Source: Candidatus Binatia bacterium
GTDB taxonomy: Bacteria; Desulfobacterota; Binatia; UBA9968; CAXXLF01
DNA length: 64,000 nucleotides
Assembly (NCBI GenBank): GCA_963664015.2
Contig: CAXXLF010000002.1
Span: 1,408,001 to 1,472,000 of the forward strand
Direction of reading: 5' to 3'
In this document: piece by piece, positions 56,008-64,000 of the stretch
Numbering within the stretch: the stretch's first letter is position 1
Layout of the letters: each line of letters begins with the position of its first letter
Position numbers and translations under genes: made by a program
The notes under the pieces: model-generated
What the model saw: the letters and a program-made list of their open reading frames with translations, nothing else
What the model was told of the DNA's origin: nothing
The model's database searches: none

Positions 56008-59000
56008 AATCCCTCCTTTCCTTTTTGTCCTACCCCAATGGAAGACGCCGGGTCAATGTCTATTGGCACTGCTTGACCCAAACGCAATAAAACTATCTTA
56101 AACGCGGCTACTTCCCGTTTCAGGGAAAGCCGTACCGCGTCAGAATAGATTCGGGCCTGGTGATGGTACCCCTCGACCAACTGGGAGAGGTCCCGACCCT
56201 GGACGCGGTCGGTTTTGTAATCTGCCACGTAGAGTTTGCCGTCTTTTTCGTAAAGCACATCCATGACCCCCTCCATGATCTGCTCCCCCCAGGGGATCAA
56301 TAGTGGAATCTCCCGCCCAAGGATGTGTGAGCTCTTGAGCTCTTCGTACGCCGGGGAATTGAAGAAGATCTGGAATATATCTTCTAGCTCTCGTTCCAGG
56401 GCGAGTTGAGCGTCCTTATCACGCCCATTCAGGTTACGGCCAAGAAAGGCCATGAGGCCCTCACGAAACGTAAGAGGGTCCCCGGCAAAGTCCCAATGCT
56501 CCAAGAACCTGTGCGCCAGATCACCGATGAAAAGGGCATCTGGGTTCAGACGGCTTCCACCGTGGCCATGAGCAACTGGACCTATTCGTTTCGTCTCTTT
56601 TTCCTTGAGCAACGTGGGATGGATAAAGAGCGGAGTCACCAGGGTCTCTTCGTACCTTTCCTTCCGCCGCTGAACTATCTTCCCATAGACCTGCGTATCG
56701 ATTTCCACGATGGGCATCTGGGACCCGCTGGCCGTAGAGCTAGGCGGCTCGAGCTCTTCTTGCAGGACCTGCAATTGGATCGTCCCCTCCCCGGCGGCTA
56801 CAGGTTGGGATTCCGTTAACGACCTCAAGTCTCCCGTGGCCTCTTGGAGCAGAGACATGAAACTCCCGTTCGCCTGTCTCTTGGCCGCGGCACAAGAGAG
56901 GGTCAGGTGCTCGCGAGCGCGGGTCGCAGCTACGTAGAATACCCGTTTCTCCTCTTCTTCTTCGCGAGCCTTCTTCTTCTCATCGAGGAAGATCCCTGAC
57001 AGATTCCAGAGATCATCCACATGCAGTCCCACCAGGTGAGTGGACCAGTCATGATAAACCTCCACGGCATCCGTTCCCTGGCGGTTCACCCCGGCCTGGC
57101 AACCGGCCAAGACCACGAGGGGGAATTCCAATCCCTTGGCCTTGTGGACACTGAGGATCTTGACTGCGTTCAATCCCTCCTCCGCAAGACTGCTCTCTCC
57201 CTCTTCCTGCATTTCGGTGACTCGCTCTTCCAAGGTCGCGATGACGCCTTTCAACGTCCCCGCTCCCTCCCGTCCCATCTCTTCGGCAAGGAAACGAACC
57301 TTTTCCAGATTCGCAACCTGCTGCTCTCCATGATAGGAGCTTGCGGCCAAGGCCATCACAGGTAGCGAATCAAAGATCGCACCCACCGCCTCTCCCACCG
57401 GGAGCTTAGGGGTTTCTATGTGAAGGCGACCGAGTAGGGAATAGAGTTCCCGCACCCGAGACCCCGGACCTTTCTTGGGGACCCCTTTGACCCAAGCCAC
57501 CGCACGATAATCGAGGAACCCCTGTCGATGGAGATCGTAGAGCTCCCGGTCGTCCAGTCCCCCCAGGGGAGATCGAAGCACTCCCGCCAGGGCTAGCCGG
57601 TCATAGGGATTTTCGATAGCACGGAGCAGGTTCACCATGTCGATGACTTCCTGTGTGGCATAAAAGTGTTTTCCTCCCTCCACCACATAGGGGATACCGC
57701 GCCTGCGCAGCGGTTCCAGAACCTGATCCACGTGAACCAGGGAGCGCATCAGGATAGCCACATCGCCTGGGCACACCGGCACCATGGAACCACTCTTATC
57801 GAGGATGGCAGCCTTCTGCAGGACCTCCTCGGCAAGCCAGCGGGCAAGTGACTCGCCTTCCAGCCGCCGCGCTTCGTCGGCATTGAGATCCTCGTCGCCT
57901 TCGACTCGACGAATCTCCACCTGATGCAACAACTGTGAAGGTAGGGCGTCTTCTCCCGCCCTCTCCTCCAGGGGATGTATAGGCGCATATGGCGGTTGGA
58001 GCCCATGGCGCTCTTGAATGAGCTGGGAAAAGAGTCCGTTGACAACGTTAAGTATCCCCCCATGGCTTCGAAAACTGGTTTTGAGGGTAAACTCCAGGCC
58101 GTTTTGTTTTTCTATGACGTCATGAACCACACGCAGATGGGCCTCTATATCAGCACGCCGAAAGGCATAGATCGACTGCTTTGGGTCGCCCACGACAAAG
58201 AGCTTTCCCGGTTGCAGTTTGATCTTGCGCCAGTCCTCGGCCTGCCGCCCCTTCTCTTCGGCAAGGTAGAGCAGGACCTCATACTGGATGGGATCCGTAT
58301 CCTGGAACTCGTCCACCAGGATCGCTTTAAAGCGCCTCTTGAGCTCTTCCCTTATCTCGGGATGCTGCCGTAAGAGCTGCCTGGCCCGCACCAGCAAGCC
58401 ATCGAAGGAGATGAAACCGGCCCTCACAAAATTCTCACGGCAGCCTTCGGCGAAAGGGATAAGGAGATCGCATAGGTGCCCGGTAAATTCCCGGTCTACG
58501 GCAAGGATACGACGCGCCACCCGGACCAGCCTCCTGGCCTCATCTACTTCATTTCCATTCCAACCCTTGGGCCCGGTGAAGGATTTACCAGAAACCAGTA
58601 GAGACTTTTCCGCCTCCAGCACACCGGACCCGATGGATCCCCGTTGGAGAAATTCTCGGAACAGCTGCCCCGAGGCCTTCACATGCTGTTCGATCGCTCG
58701 GTTTTCCGGATGTTGATCGAGGAGTTGAGCGGCCTTTTCTTCCAGAGCTTTTAACCCGGATTGATGCAATTCGATCTCCTCATCACCTCGCACCAGTTGG
58801 GCGAGTCGTGAAAGGTCTATGGACTCGGGGCTCAGTGCGTAGGCCAGCTCCCGGATGCGTTCGAGGGGGAGCCGGCGCAGCACCTCTTTCCACGATTCCT
58901 TGCGCACCCCATCGCTAGACAGCTCACGGTCCAGCCAGAGATCCCAGCTCTCGTCGAAGTGCCTCTCGAATTGCCTTCCATCATCTTCACGGAACTGGGG

Positions 59001-59456
59001 ATCCAACCCGGCCTCCATGGGATAGAGACGAAGCAGACTGGCGGCAAAGCTGTGGATGGTTCCGATCTCGCTCCGCTCTATATGGCGGAGCGCATCTATG
59101 GCGCGGAGATCGATCTCTTCCTTTCCCAGATGGTAGCGTTGGATGAAGTCTTTGACATCTTGCTGCACTTCCGCCTCGCTGGCATCGGCAGGAGCCCGGT
59201 CCAGTCTTGCGTCCCCATAGGCCTGGAGGCGCTGGCGCAGGCGGATCTTCATCTCATCGGCTGCCTTGTTGGTAAAAGTCAGGGCCACCAGTTCGGTCAC
59301 CTTTACCGGGTCGGGCTCGCGCATCAATAAATTGACCAGGCGGTTCACCAGCAGGGTCGTCTTGCCCGTACCCGCACCGGCGGTAACGACCACGTTTTGA
59401 TCGAATGTGGTCGCTGCCCGCAGGCGCTCCAGACCATCAGCCAAACCCGTGGTCAT
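56004..59456 (-). CDS. addA: AddA-type SF1A helicase-nuclease
   Basis: AGAGTGKT, TFTNKAA, VDEFQDT, VGDPKQSIYAFR, HKAKGLEF, YVAATRA, C-terminal D...ADYKT nuclease. Start at ATG 59456. Confidence 0.93.
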   Translation of the reverse strand: MTTGLADGLERLRAATTFDQNVVVTAGAGTGKTTLLVNRLVNLLMREPDPVKVTELVALTFTNKAADEMKIRLRQRLQAYGDARLDRAPADASEAEVQQDVKDFIQRYHLGKEEIDLRAIDALRHIERSEIGTIHSFAASLLRLYPMEAGLDPQFREDDGRQFERHFDESWDLWLDRELSSDGVRKESWKEVLRRLPLERIRELAYALSPESIDLSRLAQLVRGDEEIELHQSGLKALEEKAAQLLDQHPENRAIEQHVKASGQLFREFLQRGSIGSGVLEAEKSLLVSGKSFTGPKGWNGNEVDEARRLVRVARRILAVDREFTGHLCDLLIPFAEGCRENFVRAGFISFDGLLVRARQLLRQHPEIREELKRRFKAILVDEFQDTDPIQYEVLLYLAEEKGRQAEDWRKIKLQPGKLFVVGDPKQSIYAFRRADIEAHLRVVHDVIEKQNGLEFTLKTSFRSHGGILNVVNGLFSQLIQERHGLQPPYAPIHPLEERAGEDALPSQLLHQVEIRRVEGDEDLNADEARRLEGESLARWLAEEVLQKAAILDKSGSMVPVCPGDVAILMRSLVHVDQVLEPLRRRGIPYVVEGGKHFYATQEVIDMVNLLRAIENPYDRLALAGVLRSPLGGLDDRELYDLHRQGFLDYRAVAWVKGVPKKGPGSRVRELYSLLGRLHIETPKLPVGEAVGAIFDSLPVMALAASSYHGEQQVANLEKVRFLAEEMGREGAGTLKGVIATLEERVTEMQEEGESSLAEEGLNAVKILSVHKAKGLEFPLVVLAGCQAGVNRQGTDAVEVYHDWSTHLVGLHVDDLWNLSGIFLDEKKKAREEEEEKRVFYVAATRAREHLTLSCAAAKRQANGSFMSLLQEATGDLRSLTESQPVAAGEGTIQLQVLQEELEPPSSTASGSQMPIVEIDTQVYGKIVQRRKERYEETLVTPLFIHPTLLKEKETKRIGPVAHGHGGSRLNPDALFIGDLAHRFLEHWDFAGDPLTFREGLMAFLGRNLNGRDKDAQLALERELEDIFQIFFNSPAYEELKSSHILGREIPLLIPWGEQIMEGVMDVLYEKDGKLYVADYKTDRVQGRDLSQLVEGYHHQARIYSDAVRLSLKREVAAFKIVLLRLGQAVPIDIDPASSIGVGQKGKEGL

Positions 59457-62400
59457 GTCTTCGGCCTCCCCTGTATAGTCGTGGCCTTCTGTTCGTTTAG
59501 CTCGCGGTGGGACTTCACTGCCGAATCGTTTTCGGCGCGCCAACGGGACGGCCGGTGATTCTTGCGGCAAACCGCCGCCACGTCGCAATTGCTGCAGTGG
59601 TCATCGGGCAAGATAAAGAATCGTCCCCCATGGATCCCCCGCAAGAGAAAACTCAGGGTCTCCTGAAGCCTACCCTTGTGCGGCTCCTCCCATGCCTCTT
59701 CGGAAAATCTTTCGACCACCAGCGGGCCGTCCACCCAACGGGGTGCAAGCAGGTAAAACGCACCATGGATCCTGGGTATCGCGCCATCCATCATGGCACC
59801 AGGCGCATTTTGCTCGGCCAGAAGGACGTAGAGGGGAAGCTGCAGTCGTTTGCCCCTGAGGGCCGACTGAAGGAGGTTGCGGTCTTCCGGTTTTTCATTC
59901 TTCCCCATTCTGTGCTTGTAATCGATGACCCGGTAATGGGACTGGGCCGGCTCGTAGTCGATTCGGTCGGGTGTTCCGAGAACGAGGAGATTGCCCAACG
60001 GATCGGGCCAGCTCTCTTCCAAGCGCCCCTGCCACTGGGGCTCCAAGATCACGGGACGAAAACCCGAGGCGGCCATCTCGGCGATGTCACGTTCCACGAC
60101 CTGCCGCAGCACGCGAATCAGCTCTTCCCCGAGGGTTTCCCAAGCTACTGCATAGCCCACAGGATTCTCTGTCGAATAGTTCGCGTACGCCTCGTGGGCT
60201 AGCCGGTCCAATCGAACTGACCAATTGGACTCGGTCACCTTGGATACGTCTTCCCCAAAGGCACCTTCATCCATAAGTTCGCTGTAGAGGGAGTTGAGTA
60301 TGGTATGACAGAGTTGCCCGACAGCCGAGGGCCCGACCGATGAGACTTCTTCCGGCCTTTGCAGTTCGTGGAGTTCCAGGAGGTTCATGGCAAAATACTG
60401 ATAAGGGCAGCGGGCGTAGCGTTCCAAGGCGGTTGGTGCGATACCCCGCTCAAGCAAGTGCTGCCAGTAATCAGGTACTGGCCCCACCATTCCGTCGAGT
60501 CGATCCAGTGACCGGCGCGGATCCTCCAGAAGATTCATGGACTTCAACCCACGACGATAGATCTCGGTTGACTGGGAGGCCATCTCGAGGATCGGGGCAG
60601 GGTCGCGTCCATGCATAGCCAATCGGATCGCAAGCTCGCGCTCCGTGAGCCACTGGACCTCATCGAAGGGAGACACCTTTTCCTTTTCCGCGATTCCGCG
60701 GGGGATTATCTTCTCCTCGGCTGGATCTTTCTGACCATCGAAAGAGCCAAGGCGACCTCGAGCCCCCCACACGGCGCGCCGGATCTCGCCCAGATACCAG
60801 GAAGGCGCCAGCGGCCTCCCCCCTTCATCGGAGCGCCGGTAAAAACAATAGAGGTGTTCTCTCGCCGCGCCGACCAGGAGGGCCAGGATCAGTTTTTCTT
60901 CGTCATAGGCCGCCAGCTTCTCGCTAATTTTATAACCCAACACCGTCTCCAGTCCCCTACGGGTTGAATCTCTAAGGAAGGCGTCTTCCCGGATCGTCCG
61001 CGGAAAGATCCCTTCGTTGAGACCCAGGATAAACACGGCGCGAAAGGGTATGCCGCGGGCAGACATAGCATCCAACACGGCAACTCCGGGGAGGTTCCAA
61101 TCGGTCGAGGGAATAGTGGCGCGTTCCAGCCAGCGCTGAAAGGTGCGAAGGAAATGCACTTGGCTCACATGGGAACCGAGGCTGTCCAGGGCCGAGAGAT
61201 TGTCCAATGTGTCCAGGACCACGTCGCCTATCTGATCCTCCTGGGACGAGGCGAGGGACGTGCCTTCACGCCTCTCGATGCCGAGGTATTTGTGTAACAG
61301 TGCCTGCCAACGTGTGGCGTAATCGGTCCAGGGGGCCTCCTCCGGCAGACCGTCCAAGTCCTTGTGCACCTCGGTGACAATCGACCAGAGGATTTTTATC
61401 TGTTCTGCGGTGACCGAGGTCTCGTGGGGCTTCTCATCTTCGTCCCCGTGTCCCTGCAATTTCACCCCTTGTTCCAGATAGCGCTCGAGGCGCCGCCACT
61501 CCTCGAAACCCTTAGTGATCCCTAAGCGTCGTGTCATGGCATCCCACAGGTCCGATCGTGGCCCAACCTTTTCCGGACAATAGGGCTCGAGATTAAAATA
61601 GGGAGAGGAAACCAGATCCACCATGTGAGAGCGAAGATAGTCTCTTGATACCAATCCGCTGAGGAGAACAACCGCCTTGACCAGAGGGAACGCCATGAGC
61701 GAGCCCATCGCGTAAGACGACATGGGGATACCGTGGCTGGGAAAGATCTCCTTGAACCAGGGCAGGTAAGAATCCATTGAGCGCACCACCACACCGATTT
61801 CATCAAAGCCAATCCGGTCACGGGACACGAGCCTCAGGATCTCCTTGGCTACGGTGAGGACTTCGTCCTTTTGACCGGAACAATTGACGATGGTGCACGA
61901 CCTGTTTAACTCCTCAGGAGCGCTCAATGGCTCGCTCAATTCATCCCTAAAGAGCCGTGGATGGATGCCGGCAAAGGGGTAACCAGGGTTTTCAGTGGTC
62001 GAGCGAAGCTCCGGGGTGCCCGTTACCAGCCCCTGTACATGGCGGTCGTAAAAACGCTGGGCAAAAGCCCAGGCCGGATGGCCCGGCATCAGAGGAAACA
62101 GCAACGTGGTAGGAGCGTAACGCGCCACCGTCTGGAAAAGGTCCAGCTGTATCTGGGTGAGATCGTAGAAGCCGTAATAGTTAACTCCGGCGAACTGCTG
62201 GAGGAACTTGGAAGAGGGGACCTGCTCCGTCGCCAGGGCATCCAGGTCCGTATAATCCCGAATACCCCACTGACGTACGCGGGAGGAAAACGCTCCATGG
62301 AGTCGGAACAGGTCCTGAAGCTTTTTCTCCCCTACCGCATTTAGATAGCCTTCCGTCAGGGCGTCCATGCTCGTTTGAGGATCGACCTTTGCGTCTTTGA

Positions 62401-62782
62401 GGTCACGCAGCGTCTGCCACAGGGCGCCGCACCCCCCTTCCTTCGCCTCGATGCCGGAAAAGACTGATTCCCATTGAAAGTTTGTCTGAATCATGTGCCT
62501 GAGGGCTTCCTCGGCGAAGGCATCGTCGCGCAGTTCTAACTGGGAAGCGTCCTCACTTTCCTCCAACAGTCGTCTGGAAAGCTGATGAAAGGTCAGGATA
62601 TGGAGGTTCAGGAGATTCAACTGGCGCTCGCGGCCTAGGAGGATCTTGAGGCGATGAAGGAGGGAGTCCGATGGGACCACGACCAGGAGCCGAGTGAGTA
62701 GGCTTACTTGCCTCTGTTCAAGGATCTCCTCTACCAGGGCGTTTTCTAAATCTGGATGGAAGGGACCTAAAACAACTCGCAT
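59453..62782 (-). CDS. addB: AddB-type inactive helicase with PD-(D/E)xK nuclease and Fe-S cysteines
   Basis: ARGIPFRAVFILGLNEG.FP, RCPYQYFA, DRID...IDYK, QLPLY, CSNCDVAAVC. Confidence 0.9.
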   Translation of the reverse strand: MRVVLGPFHPDLENALVEEILEQRQVSLLTRLLVVVPSDSLLHRLKILLGRERQLNLLNLHILTFHQLSRRLLEESEDASQLELRDDAFAEEALRHMIQTNFQWESVFSGIEAKEGGCGALWQTLRDLKDAKVDPQTSMDALTEGYLNAVGEKKLQDLFRLHGAFSSRVRQWGIRDYTDLDALATEQVPSSKFLQQFAGVNYYGFYDLTQIQLDLFQTVARYAPTTLLFPLMPGHPAWAFAQRFYDRHVQGLVTGTPELRSTTENPGYPFAGIHPRLFRDELSEPLSAPEELNRSCTIVNCSGQKDEVLTVAKEILRLVSRDRIGFDEIGVVVRSMDSYLPWFKEIFPSHGIPMSSYAMGSLMAFPLVKAVVLLSGLVSRDYLRSHMVDLVSSPYFNLEPYCPEKVGPRSDLWDAMTRRLGITKGFEEWRRLERYLEQGVKLQGHGDEDEKPHETSVTAEQIKILWSIVTEVHKDLDGLPEEAPWTDYATRWQALLHKYLGIERREGTSLASSQEDQIGDVVLDTLDNLSALDSLGSHVSQVHFLRTFQRWLERATIPSTDWNLPGVAVLDAMSARGIPFRAVFILGLNEGIFPRTIREDAFLRDSTRRGLETVLGYKISEKLAAYDEEKLILALLVGAAREHLYCFYRRSDEGGRPLAPSWYLGEIRRAVWGARGRLGSFDGQKDPAEEKIIPRGIAEKEKVSPFDEVQWLTERELAIRLAMHGRDPAPILEMASQSTEIYRRGLKSMNLLEDPRRSLDRLDGMVGPVPDYWQHLLERGIAPTALERYARCPYQYFAMNLLELHELQRPEEVSSVGPSAVGQLCHTILNSLYSELMDEGAFGEDVSKVTESNWSVRLDRLAHEAYANYSTENPVGYAVAWETLGEELIRVLRQVVERDIAEMAASGFRPVILEPQWQGRLEESWPDPLGNLLVLGTPDRIDYEPAQSHYRVIDYKHRMGKNEKPEDRNLLQSALRGKRLQLPLYVLLAEQNAPGAMMDGAIPRIHGAFYLLAPRWVDGPLVVERFSEEAWEEPHKGRLQETLSFLLRGIHGGRFFILPDDHCSNCDVAAVCRKNHRPSRWRAENDSAVKSHRELNEQKATTIQGRPKT

Positions 62783-62817
62783 GGGGACCTGACCCTATAT
62801 TCCAATTAGACTGGGAC

Positions 62818-64000
62818 TCATTGACTTTTAGATCCGGTCTGCTTCCCTAACCACTTGCCGATGGACTCGCGGTCCCGTTGGAGCCACAGCGTATTGGAGC
62901 GAATGCGTTCCAGGGACTGGCGAATGGTCCTTGCAGCGGCCGGAACCGGATTGGAACGGAAAAATTCTTCCACGTCTTTGGCCTTCTCCTCAGAATGGAA
63001 GTTGACCGTGGTAGACGAGATCACGCGGCCCAGGAGGAAGCCTCCCTTGCCGTAGCGACGATTAAACTCCGCCCACTGACCTTTGAGAAAACTCCATGCT
63101 AGCTCCCGACCCAGGCCGTTAGCGGCAACGCTTCCCACGAGTAACGGGGTGTCCTGCGCGCGCACCTCCGATGAAAAGGAGAGTTCCAGTGTGCGTTGGA
63201 GTAATTCCTGACTCCGGCTGTAACCCAAGGCCCGTAGACACCGGAGCCGCTCTTCGTGCAGATCGGCATTGCGAAAGAGATCGAGCATCGCTTCATAGGA
63301 GCCCTTGTCCCCGTTCTCGACAACCAACCGGTAGACCGGGAAGCGAAGATCGGGAGAGAGACTCTTTGGATCCTTCTGGAAGGCGGTGAAACGTCCCTTG
63401 GCCTGATCGATGGTCTTGGCATCCCCGTAGCCACCCAGCGCTCCAATCATCAGACCGCGAAGAAGCGTCGTAAGATGGGACTCACCGGCTTGTTTTTCCC
63501 AACCGACTCGACCGGCCGCCGGGCGGTAGAGATCGCGCGCAAATGTCCCGAAGTTCTCGTAGCAAGGGTCCCCCCATAACAGGACCTCCAGCTCATCCAG
63601 TCCCGATGCGAGATCCGCCCACACGGTGTAATCGGATTCGTTCTTGTAATACGCCGCCAGGTTAAGGACATGCTGGGTGGAGAGTTGCCCCGCTCGCGCC
63701 AGGGCAAAGGCATCGTTTTCCAGACCAAGGCGGTCTTCCGCCGGTAGCTCCATGGCCTCGACCGCTCGACTGAGCTCCGTCATCATGGTTGGTGGATACT
63801 TCACCCGGTAGAACCCCGTCTGTCCCTTGTTGACTTTGAGCCAGCCCTTTTTTTGACCTGCCAGGTCGATCTCTCCGGACCGATCCCCCAGAAGGGAAGC
63901 GGTCGCCTGGGGCAGGTCGGCACCGGCCACCCCGACAGGAACAGACCACTGGGCCGTATCCTTTTCTTTCCGAGGTATGCCACTTTGAAAAAATCGCGTT
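62818..64000 (-). CDS. M1 family aminopeptidase, ERAP1-like C-terminal region (5' end outside the window)
   Basis: WSVPV, WLKVNKGQTGFYRVKY, VRAQD, GRELAW.F, QSLERIRSN..W. The frame is open to the window edge. Confidence 0.9.
   Translation of the reverse strand, partial: TRFFQSGIPRKEKDTAQWSVPVGVAGADLPQATASLLGDRSGEIDLAGQKKGWLKVNKGQTGFYRVKYPPTMMTELSRAVEAMELPAEDRLGLENDAFALARAGQLSTQHVLNLAAYYKNESDYTVWADLASGLDELEVLLWGDPCYENFGTFARDLYRPAAGRVGWEKQAGESHLTTLLRGLMIGALGGYGDAKTIDQAKGRFTAFQKDPKSLSPDLRFPVYRLVVENGDKGSYEAMLDLFRNADLHEERLRCLRALGYSRSQELLQRTLELSFSSEVRAQDTPLLVGSVAANGLGRELAWSFLKGQWAEFNRRYGKGGFLLGRVISSTTVNFHSEEKAKDVEEFFRSNPVPAAARTIRQSLERIRSNTLWLQRDRESIGKWLGKQTGSKSQ

Overview
A core-genome window from a Gram-negative bacterium with deltaproteobacterial gene order. 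Ca. Binatota is a plausible but unverified guess. Left arm (minus strand): tRNA-Thr/Tyr/Gly/Thr-tuf-rpmG-tRNA-Trp-secE-nusG-rplKAJL-rpoB-rpoC (partial). Next come rlmB, lptF, an HU-LptG fusion gene, argC-rpsI-rplM-tRNA-Asp/Val-hup-lon-clpX-clpP-tig, five more tRNAs, rdgB and rph. A decaying accessory patch lies at 27-31 kb (ALDH pseudogene, PatA-like acyltransferase, frameshifted flavin reductase, cold-shock protein, palindromic MITE-like element). It is followed by 2-oxoacid:ferredoxin oxidoreductase-lipB-lipA-ferredoxin, an RtcB remnant, a thioesterase, ilvE, a third HU gene, mfd-surA-pdxA-PMM/PGM, a UvrA lacking the insertion domain, iscS-iscA-nifS, two co-truncated pseudogenes, a nucleoside phosphorylase, a repeat-bracketed marR, addAB and a partial M1 aminopeptidase. 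The standout signal is a ~300-bp, ~97%-identical inverted copy of the hup gene inserted after codon 2 of lptG. It has no stop codon (TGG where the donor has TGA), so the only LptG in the window is predicted to carry an N-terminal HU DNA-binding domain. A family of modular short-repeat palindromic intergenic elements is the second notable feature. All calls come from reading the sequence by eye; no database searches were run.
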